From NCBI RefSeq assembly GCF_001194135.2, contig NC_068999.1, positions 51,904,758-51,968,757 on the forward strand: a stretch of DNA of 64,000 nucleotides, read 5' to 3'. The notes below the pieces were generated by a model. The model saw only the letters and a program-made list of their open reading frames with translations, was not told where the DNA came from and did no database searches. The stretch is from Octopus bimaculoides (Eukaryota). The position numbers and the translations under genes were made by a program. Shown piece after piece: positions 25,936-39,814 of the stretch; the stretch's first letter is position 1, and each line of letters begins with the position of its first letter.

Positions 25936-26900
25936 AAAAAAAAGTATCAGTAATTATATAATCTTTATCCTCAATTTGTTACCATATGAATAATTCAGGA
26001 AAGTTTTGGTTCTTAAATTTCTTTATGCATCTTAGAATGGAAGGTTGATATTTTTTTCTATTCTTTTAGCACTTCTCATAGTCTTACTGCGTTAGACTTA
26101 GCGCTGTTCCACTAAAAGTTCTTTGGAGAAGATTATATTTGTCTATGCAGGTTATACGGGCTCAGGAAGTTGATGCTTGATTCTGGTTTCAGTATCATTA
26201 AATTAATTGAGCAAATGAAAGCTGGTTCACAGGAACTGTTCCCAGGAGATCAGATACCTATTTTCCCCACACATATCTGAGCTTATGTCATCTACTCACA
26301 GACATTACGAAACACTTGCAACTCCACAGTCTTAAGCTAGTAATCCAATATATATTCATTCAATCTTGTGTTGAAAAGTTAATGTTAAGCAACTTAAGTA
26401 TTTATTGACTGGTTCCATTTATTCCATTATGGAAATATTTTCTTTACAATAAAGTATATTCACTTCTATACCATGTTCCGTTTACTCAGTATTTCAGCTA
26501 CTTACATCATTAAAAAGTATATATTCTCTATTTTGATTTTTATAAGATTTTTCTTTCAGTTTGATGCCTTTTTCTATCAAAATTTTGGTTGTTTTATGTA
26601 TCCAAAATATAAGGCATTGAAACTATACTTTTTTTCTTTTTCCAATTTTTCATATTTGCAATGGCTTGTCTTTTATTTATTCTTTTTTTTTTTGGTGGTG
26701 GGAGGCGGGGTGGTGGCAGTTTTCTCTCCAAAGTAAAGTAAATGGGTTGATTAGATCAGTTCATGTCAGATTGTGTTAGCAGTATTAATGCCCCGGCTCA
26801 GAAAGAAGCCAATATTTATTGCTCTAGCTCATGAAACAAGGAAACAAGTTCTTTTCAGAAGGCACCATATTCATATATGGTTTTAATGGAATAAAGCATA

Positions 26901-26901
<1 letters not shown>

Positions 26902-26946
<45 letters not shown>

Positions 26947-26956
26947 NNNNNNNNNN

Positions 26957-27000
<44 letters not shown>
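26902..27000. repeat. (CT)n microsatellite spanning a short N gap
   Basis: Read directly from the sequence. Confidence 0.9.
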
Positions 27001-27003
<3 letters not shown>

Positions 27004-27744
27004 CATATAAATGCATTTATAGGTGTCCACATATATTTATGTATAAAGAAAGAGCAAAAGAGATTCTGGTATAGTATGTTTAGAAAGCTATTGAATTAGT
27101 GGTATATTCTGGTGATTTCAAGATCCATCTTAGTAGCTATATTAGCTATTTAAAACATACATTTACTGTTCTATTACATTATTGTTTTTTGTTTTTTGCC
27201 TTTTTTTAAAATTATCAACTATTAAATTCTTTCATCATGCATTTACAAGCTATTTGCATAATATTCTATTCCATTTTATTGAAATATATAATGAAAGAAG
27301 TAAATATAACACCATGTGTGGCTGTGTGTGTGTGTGTGTGTGTATTAAATTATTCTATCGCAATAAAACTCTTAGTTTCAATACAGAATCTCAAATTAAA
27401 TTTCTTATCAAACAAATAGAACAAAGGTATTTCAAGTTTGGTTTCCCTTGTTTACTTACAATGTCCATCATGGCCACTATAAGTGGTTTAACATCTTTTG
27501 CTTTGCTTTTTGTTCCTGTCTGACATGTCTTTAAAACAAGCTCTTCCTCTGCAACTGCTCTTTTGTACTTACCCGTCCTCCCTCACAAATCCCAACTTCT
27601 CAAACTACATCTGTCTACTTTGCCATGGGAATTCTCTGCACTGTCTATCCAGCTGATGTGAAATCGAATCCGGCTTAGAGATACATCTATAATTTCCATG
27701 TGCCAGTAGCTGTCTGCTTTATCATGTATGGAATTTATGAGACG

Positions 27745-27855
27745 CAGGCATGGCTGTGTGATAAGAAGCTTGCTTCCCAACCACATGGCTTCAGGTTCCG
27801 TTGCACTGCATGGCACCTTGGGTTAGTTCTATTATAGCCCCAAGCTACCAAAAGT
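27745..27855 (+). mobile_element. Family A SINE head
   Basis: gcaggcatggctgtgtgataagaagcttgcttcccaaccacatggcttcaggttc. Confidence 0.75.
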
Positions 27856-30739
27856 CTTGTCTGATAGTTGTATGATAGGTAATGTGGTCCCATATGCCTT
27901 AAAAATAAAAACCAAAAAAAATATCAGATTATCAGTCATTAAAGTGTTGGATAAAATGATTTGCAGTAGTTGTTCTGATTGTCTGCATTCGGAGTTGAAA
28001 TCTTGCTGAGATCAACTCTGACTTCCATCCTTTTGGGGTCAGTTATAAAAGTATCAATTCAGGGCAGTGGATTGGCAAAACTTTTAGAGGGTTGGGCAAG
28101 TATTTGTTCTGGCTCCTTGCATTTTGATAGCAATGCCTGTGACAACACTGGTGACAAGCTGCATCGGACCATGTCAGTGGCCGTTCTCTTAAGTAAACAC
28201 CAGTGGTGTGAAGAAGAGAGATCTGCAAGCATGGGTGACTGCTAGTCTTGCTCAAAAAAATCTTGCCCCTGCTTGCACATATATGGACAGATGCATGGTC
28301 AACACTGACTGACAGAGGTCCTACAAAAAGGAAAAATAATAAGGGGGGGGGATCTTGGATGCCATTTGTTCATGGATCTGCTTAATTAAAGTAAACCTGG
28401 GACTAAACAACAACAATTTGCAAAATACTTTGTTCTAATCATGTTTAATAGTTTCTTTTTTCTCGACAATGTCAAACACCTCAAATACCTAATTGTTTCC
28501 CTCATTCACTTAGACTCAACTGGTTTATTTAGATTTACTTTACTTATGATCAATCTCAGTTCATTATTCCACTCATTGCACATTTATATCCTTACATATA
28601 TAGCAAATATATCTCAAGTAAATGGTATTAGATTGGTATTGACTGTGGCATGGTCGCCTTAAGTGTTGTCTCCCATAAACAAATAAATATATTCTCTAAA
28701 ACACTCACATGCACTGCACTATACTCACCCAAAATACTTCAATATAATTTCTCTTAATCTCAGAGGAATAAGTAACTTCAGAACAATGAGTATGTTCGAA
28801 AATATCTGCTATTACTTTTCTTTCTTCAAACAGCCACAGAAATAGGTTGTTTTTTGTTTTTGTTTTTTTTCTTCTCCCACACTTGATAAACTCTATCATC
28901 CAAAAATATTTGTATAAAAATATGATAATAGAAATTTTCATAATTTCTCTCACCATTCTACTTTTCTTTTTTCCCTCTTTTCCTCCCTCATTTAAACTTG
29001 AAAAAAGAAATAGCTGTTATGATGTCTTCATAATTAGTTCTGACTTGTTAAAACAATTTTTTAAGATGATTTTTCTAGTTAAGTATCAAATTTTTCAAAG
29101 AAAAGATATATTTTTCCCTAATCCAAGTTTAGCTACACCAGATAACCATGAATGTGACTTAAATATCTTTCTATATATTTGCTATTGATTGCTTCCATCC
29201 TCTGGAATATTTTTTGTCTTCTGTTATTTTCTTGTGTCACTTCAGTACTTCTACTAAGAGGTGAACTTGAGAATTTATTTTGACAATTTATTTTTATTCA
29301 GCCATGATAGAATTCCACATTGAAATATCATTACTTAATGGGTTTACAGAAATCTTTGTCATATCCCTATATAAAGCTAATTAATTTCTACACTCTATAA
29401 TTTTGATCCCTTAAGTTTCTTCATGCAAAATCAAATGAAGGCAGCGTCAACTCAAGCTTTACATTTTCCACTCATAGCTTGTTGTTCACCTTTCTTTTAT
29501 TATATGACTTTCTGCCAACCATTGTGACTGTGTTGTCTATTAAAACCTTATTAAAAGCACTTCTACTATCTCAGTCATTCAATATCCTTCATTTTGGTAT
29601 TTAAACTATAACTCTGGCTGGAAGGTTTTGGCTGTGCAATCTCTCCTTTGCTCAAGGTGAGCACTGACTAATGGAAAGAAATATGCTTTATTTCTTCATT
29701 CTAGATTATATTTCAGTCTATATACTGCCTTGTTGAATGCGTTATACAATATATGTTTTACCAGTTAACTATTATGTAGAAAATGCTAAGAATTCGGTGC
29801 TATGATAAAGCACTCTGCTATAATTAACGATTATATTGAAGTGAAACCTAAACAAAAATTTCTTGGTAAGGGCCAGATGAAAGCAAATACCTTTTTTTTT
29901 TTTCATATGCCCATCACAGTTCTGTTAATATACAGCCACCTCAACCCTGTTAAAATGACTAAAGTAACTTATTTTATCAATATTATCAAAAATTGTTTGA
30001 AAATGTTTTGTTTGCCACTTAACCTACACCTTTGAAGTAAACAACCCACCCATGAAATTTAATCATAGCAATTACTTTCCTACTTTAAACAATCATAGCA
30101 AACTTTGATGAAACACTTTGCTGGATTATCTTCAGTTAACACACTTTTTTTTCCTTCAGCTGTTATCAACTGATTAATTTAGTTGATGTGGTTTTTACTG
30201 CTGTCTGCAAATGTGCACATTTACTAGGATTTTAAAATTCTAAAGTAGGGTATACTTTGTAGAATGCATTTGTAGAATAACTGTTGGTAGTAGTAAAACT
30301 AAAATCATTTCAAAATTGTCAGTCCTAAACATTCAGTATATACTTCCAAATACTGGAGTGAAATAGAACTGTTTGTTTTTCGTTATCTAAATCAATGTTA
30401 TCTATTAAACGAAGGTACAGCTCATTACTCAATGAATACCAGTAAAATTACTGATAATATTTATTATGCTTATCAGTTTGTTTTGTTAACCACCTCACTC
30501 ACTGAGTTATTACTGGTCATTAGTTCTGTTTGAATTTTTTTTTTTTTTCCATTTTTCTCTATATTGCTACTATCATCCGTATGGTGTTTAGTTCATTATG
30601 TAAGTAGCTGTTGAAATTAATATTGCATTAACAGCTAACCATACAAAGCTTTATGTGGTTCTCTATCATTTTAAGCTGTTTGATTCATTCAGTTTTTCTA
30701 TCTTGCCACCTCTTCCACTACCACCTCCTCCTCATCAGC

Positions 30740-31255
30740 ATCATCATCGTTTTAACATCCACTTGCATGTTTGGACAGAGTTTATTGAGACAGATTTTCT
30801 ATGGCCAGATGCCTTTCTGTTATCAGCCCCACCTGTTTCCAAGCAAGGTAATATTTTCTTATGACCAGACATTTTCATCGTGCAGTGTCAAGGCAAGGAG
30901 ACAAACATATGTACGTTCACACACACACTTTCCGGAGGGACAAGTTAAAAAAAAGAAGCCATATCTGGCCACTTTTCTCCCCATATATTATACATCAACC
31001 CTTCCTGAATATTTTTCTTTAGTTCCTGGTAAACAGAATGTATTTTGCCAGATCAACAATTTGGTTTTTATATATGCATCCACACACACACATTCATACA
31101 TAGAACCTCAGTTTCCAAATACCAAATCCACTCTCAACACTGGCTAGCCTGAGGCTATAGTAGAAGACACTTATCCAAAGTGCCACACAGTGAGACTGAA
31201 CCCAGAACCGTGTGGTTGGGAAGCAAACTATTCAACCACATAGCCACACCTGCTT
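30740..31255 (-). mobile_element. RTE-type tail (30740-30900) and family A SINE head (31095-31255) just upstream of Rab6 exon 2
   Basis: catcatcgttttaacatccacttgcatg...; gaggctatagtagaagacacttatccaaagtgccacacagtgagactgaacccagaacc. Confidence 0.7.
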
Positions 31256-31488
31256 CTCTACCTTTCTCAACCATAGAGCCACACCTGTGCCTAATAATGT
31301 ATTAGGATATTTAAACATGAGACATGAAGTGTTAATAGTTTCTTGCACACATTTTATGCAATTTATTTTTTATAAATATTTTCACAAATTTGCAACTAAA
31401 AAGGGAAACATTTGTAAGTTTTATTCATTATATTCAATTGCTACATATTTACCTTATTTAAACAGTGTTAAAATAATTACTTATATAA

Positions 31489-31632
<144 letters not shown>

Positions 31633-33584
31633 TAATTATAAATGTTGTTGTTTTAGAAAAGGAATCACAATTTTAATTCTGCAGTCAGTTTTTTTTTTTA
31701 CCTGTTTCTTTCTTTTTCTTTTCTTTCTCACCAGTAAAGAAATACATAACTTCACTGCCATAAAGTGGAGAAGAGCAAGTGAGAAAAAATGTCTTTTGAA
31801 AACTCTAAATCTAGGGTTGCAGGTCTATTTAGTCCACTGTACTTTAAAGAATTTTACATGGCATTTCTTACAGAATGAGGATTTGGTATTTTATTGTTAA
31901 TAGCAAAACACTAGTAAAGTCTTCATATGTAGAGACAGTCAGAACATCTGAACAATTATACATGTCTGTGATTTCTAATGTAAATGTTTTTAAATACTCC
32001 AAGAAAACAAAAAGTATCTGCTGAAAGTACCAAACAGGATTTTGGATTTATTTATTTGACTGTCTCCCACAAAATGTGTGACTTTTTGCTAATGTTTGCA
32101 GTCATAATTTTGTTGACAGATGTTCATTTCCATTTCTTCCTGTAAAGAGAGCTTGAGGGTTGTGACAGACACCTCCTTGCCCCAAAGACATAGTTAGAAT
32201 TTCTGACAGAAGCTTGATGAGATTTCGGCTTTTGGACAGCCTGTTGACCTTAGATAACTAATGACCTTTTCTTAAATATTAAGAAACAGGTAGGAATTTT
32301 CTGATTTTGAGTCTTTTGAATTTTGACAATTGCAGAACTGATCTTTATATGATTAAAAAGAAGAAAAAAAAAGATGCTTGGTTGTAACAAAATCTATTGG
32401 GGTTTGCATGATTTCTTTTTGAAATGTGACTTCATTATGCGCTACTAAAATTGCAGATCAGATTTTCAATAATTTCCAAGTATGGTTTGGAATATATTTC
32501 TCAATTCTTTTGTGACTGTTGGTATGCATGCACATGTTTGTAATTCTAATTGCATTTGACTGGCTTTGTGTCATTAATGCTTTCTGATCACTCTTGTGAT
32601 TGAACCCAATTGTCAAGTAGAACTTGCTGATCAAAATTCTTCTGCCAACTCAATTTAGAGCAATGCTATTTGCTAGTACAATATCTATTGTTAGCTTGAT
32701 ATTTAAGTATCTCCTGTGCATTATCTTTGCAGTAAAACAAAAAAAGCAAAGCAAAATTCTAATTGCGCACTAATTTTAGTATTTTCAATCTAAGTTGTCA
32801 TTGATATTTTGTTAATGAAGTTCTATTTCCTCTGTGGCTTAAAAGTTTCAAATAATATCTATACTCTTAATTTTACACTTTAATAGTTTTCATTAATGAA
32901 AGTTATTTGCCACAGGTTTTCATATAATTTCCATTTTTAGATTCCTTTTCACTTGATTTCAACAAAGATAATGAGCTTTTCTTCAATTTTCTTTAAGTGT
33001 ATGTCTCTAAAAAGGAGGTTTCAAGGAAATGATTAAAATTGAAGCTATAGATGGGTTTTCATTGCAAATGTTTTTCAAGAAAAACATCATTATCATTTTT
33101 CTCTTCTTGGGTTATTTAACTTCAGTAGCTTTTCTCTTTTTGATACTTGCTTCAAGATAAATTTTTCGAGATGTTTCTGATTTCTTCAGAATATAAAATG
33201 TTTTAAGTGAGATGTCCTTAAGGCTTAGAAGGGAGTGTTACTTCTTGTGTATTAAATCCATACCCTTTTATATGATCAGTCATTATTTTTAAACTACAAT
33301 CTTATAGTTACAAATAGTAATGATGTTAAAAATAGGACCATCATCATCATTTTTACGCTGACTTTTCTACTGATTTTTCTTGCACTGGAACTGTGTGTAG
33401 ACATGTGGAAGCACTTCCATGAAGAAACATGATTAAAAATGGGGAAAATATTACCTTGCCTGGAAATAGATGACATTTGGCAACAGGAAGGGCATTCAGC
33501 TACAGAAAATCAGTCTCAAACAGATGGAAAAGTGGACACTAAAATGATGGTGATGATAATAATGTATGATGGGCTTCCATGCTG

Positions 33585-33693
33585 TTTCTATTTAAGCCTG
33601 TTACATATTCTATCAGTCTCTTTTACCAAACTGCTAAGTTACAGGGATGTAAACACACCAACACTGGTTGTCAAGTGGTAGTGGGACACAAAC

Positions 33694-33735
<42 letters not shown>

Positions 33736-33860
33736 ATGCACGCGTGCACACACATATGATGAGCTTCTTTTAGTTTCTGTCTACCAAATCCACTGACAAG
33801 GCTTTAGTCAGCCTGAGGCTATAGCAGAAAACACTTGCTGAAGATGCCATGTAGTCATGC
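33585..33860 (-). mobile_element. Family A SINE with central (TA)n
   Basis: cttcttttagtttctgtctaccaaatccactgacaaggcttt...gaggctatagcagaaaacacttgc. Confidence 0.75.
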
Positions 33861-35304
33861 CTGCACCTAACTATAATTACTCTTTCTGAAGTTACTTCAA
33901 AATTGTAATAATCTCTATAGAACTGCTTCTTTATCAAGATCAGTGAACGTTTGTCGAAATATTTTTTGCAGTTCAAAAGTCTGCATTAAGAAATATATGA
34001 ATATGTATCTCCTCACATTGCTGTTATTCTTATCTTTTGATGAAAGACTATTTAACCCTCAATAATCTATCTAGGTTGCACTACCTCTCTTTTGCTTTGT
34101 GTTCTTCAATGTTTAAACATCTAAGAAATTGAGGAAAAAAAAAAAAAAAAAGAAGAAGAAATCTAAGCATTCTGAAGAACTTGACAGCATTAAAAAAGCA
34201 GTTTCTTAAATTTATTTCACTATATATAAATCCATATCTTATGTTTTCGCATCAAAACTGTAATTCAGAAGAAAACATGCATACATTACTTTACATTCTG
34301 AAAACAAATTTTCTCTGTAAAACTGCAAAATCCTTTGAAACTATTTTGATATCTATACAATAATGGTCAATGAATTCTTAAACATCTTATTTCATTCAAA
34401 CCCATCTATGATTATTTCCAGTGTTTTCAATGTCAGAAATAAGCAACAGTACAGTAAAATGAAGTTATTAGAAATGAGCTAATCATATTCTTTGCCTTAG
34501 CAATCAAGGGAGACTACTACAACTGTTTGTGTATTATTAGGTTTCATCAGTAGAAATATATCCTTTGTCATTGCTTTCTGGCACTGTAGTATCTCACTCA
34601 CATTTTTATTATGTAAATATGTGGTCAGTGCTCTCTATAGTTAACTGTTTTGTTGGTGTCTCTCAATAATTAAATTTTCCATTAATCTCAGTTCCAAGTG
34701 TCACTTGATGTTTCTTTTTAATTTACATCTCTACATAATAAGCTAGTTAACAATGCCTCCAAGTTGTGGAGAAGGTTGTACAACAAAAATTAAAAGTGCT
34801 TAAAATTATCTCCCTGTTCTTACAAGGACCAATTTTTAACTACCCCTTAGGGATATATTTCCTCATATTCACATTTAACCTGAAAAATAGTTATTTCTGA
34901 TATTGAACATATTTGAAATAATCTAAACCACCCTTTTATTATTTCAGGCAGAGTATTGTTGTTCTTATTATAATTGTCAGGTTATGTTATTGTGCTGGTT
35001 ATTTTTCCTATTTCATCAAGCATTTTAATGAGATATCTTTATATTCCATATAATCCCATATAATAAACGGCAGTTCCTAAACTGACTAACCATCAAAGTG
35101 GTTGTATGAAGTTTATGCAGCCTACAACTTTCATTTGAAAGTGTCTATCTGTAGATTTTAATTTAAAAAATGCAAGTGCTATCAAATATACTTAGCTTAT
35201 TAGCATTAAGATAGTTCCTTTCTTTTTGTAAGGTATTCTTGTTGTTTGTGGAGTTGATGAAAAAAATGTTTGCTATTGTAGGGTGTCCTTAACATAGATT
35301 TTCC

Positions 35305-35545
35305 ATCATCATCATCACCATTACTGTTTCTCCATTCTTTTGTGGGTTTCTTTTCCAAAACAACAGCTCAGAATTTGTTATTCATTTGTCTTCTCTTTTG
35401 TGAGGTTCAGTTTCCTGATGTCCGGCTTTTACCACTTTTGCTCCATGTCTTCCTTGGTTTTCTTCTTCCACAATTTCTTTCCGCTTGTATATCCTGTCAC
35501 TTCTTTATCCACACCAATGCAGTCCTCATTCTTGCACACTTCAAT
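35305..35545 (-). mobile_element. RTE LINE 3' remnant (same type as 15370-15790)
   Basis: The reverse strand reads SVQE*GLHWCG...GRRKPRKTWS and ends in (GAT)n. Confidence 0.65.
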
Positions 35546-38500
35546 TGATTCCAGTTGATAGTTTAAAGTTACATTTATGTTAAGGTTGATTTATAATTGT
35601 TTTATACTATTAAATTTGCATTCTTTCTGACATGAGTCTGTATTAATGTTAGATTTTTCAAGAGATATTCCTCATCGTAGGTGTGTTTATGGAAACCAGT
35701 TTCAGTTGATATTCCAATTGTCTTTAGGTGATATTCTTGAGTTAAGAGATCAAAAACTTAAGAACCTTAAAATGACATTATTGACTTTTGGAACAAAAGG
35801 CCAGAAGTTAAAACATGAGACCCATCTGTCAAAACAAAGATTTGCTTCAATCCCTTACCTAACTTATGAATAGTATCTGAAGATAATAGGAAAGACTGCC
35901 GATTGATACACTGTGCCAGCAAACTCAGGATAAAGAAAATAGTTTTTAAAAAGTCTGATATCTGTTACAACAACATGCCTTCTAAGTTCACTGCTAAAAT
36001 AACTCTTGACCTAAAATTGCAGAAAACTGTCTTTGTAGTTCATTTCATTTTGCATAACATAAATCAAAGGTTTTGTCAGATGACAAAACAACTGTCATGA
36101 ATCTGTCCAAAACATACAAGCATGGAAAAGTAGATATATTGATAGTAATGATGCCATTGCAGAGGAGGAGGATTGTTCTTTCAGAAAGGCATACATGTTG
36201 GGAAAGAGAATTTCACTGTAAGAAATAAGATTTCAATTAAAGCTATTATATGCAAGATCCTGTTTTCACTCCCAGATAATTCCTTATGTTGTATCCGAAT
36301 ACTGTTCCTCAGACACTTGTTTGTAAGCATTCCATTCTTGTAGGGTTTTATTACTGCTCTGTTTAAATCGTAATATTAATAGCTGCTATGCAATTAAAAT
36401 GTCTTTAGGTAATAACTATAATTTATTCCATTGATCAATTAATTAATAATTTTCAAGAATACTACTTGAATTACTTATTTAATTTTATGTATATGCAGTA
36501 GTGGAACCTGACATCACAAACAATTAGGTATTTTCACCTAATAATTGGTTAGAACACAGTTCTCTTGGGGCTTCATGCTATTTAAAGAATTGGCACAGCT
36601 TGTCTTGAAGCTACAAAATATCCAGCTAATCTGGATGCACAGTGTGGAATCACATTGTAAAGAGTTTAGAGAGAAATGGAATTAAGCTAGTGAATAGGCA
36701 GATGGCTTGTTATTGAATATAGAAAATAGACTGTTAATGAAAATATTTAATTTCATATCAATAAATGGCATTTCTTTTGAAAATCGTGGAATCACAATTT
36801 TCATTTGGAAGTTCTGTGGTGATAATGCCAGCAATAAACTAAATTCTTTGCTTTGCTAATAAAAATAGTTCTTGCGTTTGGCAATTTTCAATAAATAAAT
36901 ATGACAAATTTTTTTAGCTTTTAAAATGTACTTTAATTTTTTACCCAAATGTTGAAGAATTATTTTCCTTCATTATTCCATATGGTGGATGAGAAATTAT
37001 GCTTCATGTTATCGCCAAGCCTGTGTAGTGTACAATATTAAAATATTTAGATTGATGTATGAATGGCTATTGGCATATGTGCAAAAATATAGATGCAAAA
37101 AGGGCATCCAGTGATAGAAAATCTGTCTCAACAAATTCCATCTGAGCCATTCAAGCATAGAAAAGTTGATGATGATGATGATGGTGGTGGTGGTGGGGTT
37201 TTTTTCTTCTTTTATTGAGGCAAATATATGAAAATGATAGCAGTGAAGAAATAATATACAATCTGCTTAACTCAGGTATAAAACAGCACTTAATTGTTAT
37301 TTACCAACATTATATAACAGCTGATCATAACTTGGCTAGTTAATTAGTTGTGAGGTGTGTGTGTGGGAATGGAGGGTTACTTAGATAAGCAAACAGTATT
37401 ACAGTCACCTACTTGAAGGAGGATCTACACAAGTTTTATTCTGTTATCTTTTAGTTTGGTGGGAAGGGAGGCAAGTATCTTCAAACTGGAAACTTGGCCT
37501 GAATGTTTGCAATAGTGGACTCTGCTACAAGTACCCAGGTGTCAGGTGGTGGTAGTGGTGATGGTGGTGTTAAACTGGGCAACAGGTTAAGTCTACCACC
37601 CAAATAGACCATAGCAGGAACTGAACCCAAAATACAAAGAACTAGAACAAATACAAAGAATCAGTTCTGTATTCTTACAGTTCTTATACCAATTCATTGC
37701 TCTGGACTGGTGTTCTTTTTATTGACCCAACATATCACCATACTGGACTTGTCAGAACCTTTTGTATGCTTTTATGGAACCTGATATGGCGCCCTGACCT
37801 TGTCAGTTCCTGTCAAGTTGTCCAACCCATGCCAGCATGGAAAACAGATGTTAAATGTTGATGATGATGATGATGATGATGATATATAACTCTGACAATC
37901 CAGTCTATTTTGGGATGAAATTTTAGTGTTATTAGGGTTTGGAATATGGGATATTTATACCCAACACAGGAGATTTAGTGTTAAAGTTAGAGATCTATTA
38001 ATAACGTCAGTTGAATTAATTGTTTATAATCATCTGGTAAATAAATCAATATTAAAGGGTCCGACAGTCCACAATTGATAAATCGCAGTAACATTTATCA
38101 ATTAGCCAAGATATACTTCAGCCGTGAACTGCTTACTGATTTTAGCATATTGCTTAAAGATGATCTTTGATGATACACCCACAATCTCTCTCTCTCTCAT
38201 ACACAGAGGTGGTCTCTGTTTTGAGCTGCATCAACTCTATTCTGTTCTGCTGCTGCACTTGCTAACTGTATAAGCTACTTATCTAGACCTACTTGATTCA
38301 TTCTCTGCTCCTTTTGTTTTCCTAACTAATTAACTTCCTGGTTCATGCATTAAACATTTCGTCTAATTCCTCTTCCATTTAACGGCATCGCTTTTGACCA
38401 GAAAATGGGAACTGTTTCATTGTAAGGATACATTTCATTTAATCAAGATCCTATTAAGTTATATGATGAAAAAATTAGCATATTCAACTAAATTTGTATA

Positions 38501-39674
38501 AATAAAACTTGAGTACTTAAATGAGTGCATATCAATCAAATTCTTTCCCTCTAATTAGTCTTCATTTTGTCAAATTTACCCAACTCATTTGTCCTTCTTC
38601 CTAGTCATTGTTTTAGCATTTACTTTTCCATGTTCACATGACTGGGACAATTTGTTGCAGCACCATTTTCCTACGCTTGGTTGCCATTCCAGTTACCAGC
38701 CTTCACCTGTTTCCAAGGTGATATTCCCTCATGACCAGACCTGTTTTCATGGCAGACTGGAAATGAAGAACACTTGGGATGATGGTGACACTTGTTTACA
38801 ACCATCATGCAATGCCAAGGCACAGAGACAATAACACACACACAGACAACAGGTTTCTTTCAGTTACCATCTACTAAATCTATTCACAAGGCTTTGGTCA
38901 GCTCAAAGTTATAGAAAATGACATTTGACCAATGTGCCACAGAGTGAGGCTGAACCAAAAATCCTGCAAATGGAAAACAAACTTACCACACTGCCATTTC
39001 ATTACTAGTTTCTGTTTCTTTTGTGATGCCCCAGAATCTTGTCTGTCAGCTTTTTTTAGTCCATTGATCGTCTCTTATTTTCTAGACATGTCCAGCTCAA
39101 CTCCATTTCAATGGGTTTTTTTTTTTGTAATCCATTTAATTTTTCTGCACCAATCCAACCATAATGTATTCATAAGCATGTTGAATTGCTTTTCACGTGC
39201 TCATACTTGTAATTATCATCGTTGTTTTAACGTCCATTTTTCTATACGTGAATGAGCAAGACATAGTTTGTTGAGGTGAACTTTTTTTTTTATGTACGGG
39301 TGCCCTTTCTATCACCAACCTTCACTTGTTTCCAAGTAAGGTAATATTTCCCCTTGACAAGATATGTTTTCACGGAAGATTGGAAACGAAGGATCAAAGG
39401 ACACTACTTGCATGACATTATAATTATCATGTGACGTCACGGCAAGAAGACCAGTAATACACATTCAAATACATTTATATGCATGTGTGCAGCACACACA
39501 CACAAACACATCAAATTAAATATACAACCAAAAGAGCTACTAATAGTTTTGTGCTACTGTGATACTTGAACAGGCATTTTTATAAAATACGCCATGTATC
39601 TTAAAGCAATCTTTTAGGCTCTGTTTATGTGTTATATATAATTTTTTTTATATATTTTATTTTTATATATATGA

Positions 39675-39780
39675 GTGGCTTCTTTCAGCTTCCATCTACC
39701 AAATTCACTTCACTCAGAGCTTTTGGACCCAAAACCATGTGCTCAAGGAGCAAACTTCTTACCAAACAGCCATGCCACAC
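39675..39780 (-). mobile_element. Family A SINE head (internally deleted), head-to-head with the 39815 copy
   Basis: ttctttcagcttccatctaccaaattcact...aaacttcttaccaaacagccatgcc. Confidence 0.7.
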
Positions 39781-39814
39781 TTACTTATAATATAGTCTTT
39801 AAAAAAAAATCAAC

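Noticed and set aside
30653-31147. 164-aa ORF and neighbouring ORFs just upstream of exon 2
   Set aside because: They span an RTE-type tail and a SINE; the peptide reflects repeat sequence.
34080-34160. Minus-strand pyrimidine tract, acceptor and 36-nt possible microexon
   Set aside because: Weak donor (gtagtg), no partner exons found on the - strand, and the A-run is more simply a mononucleotide repeat.
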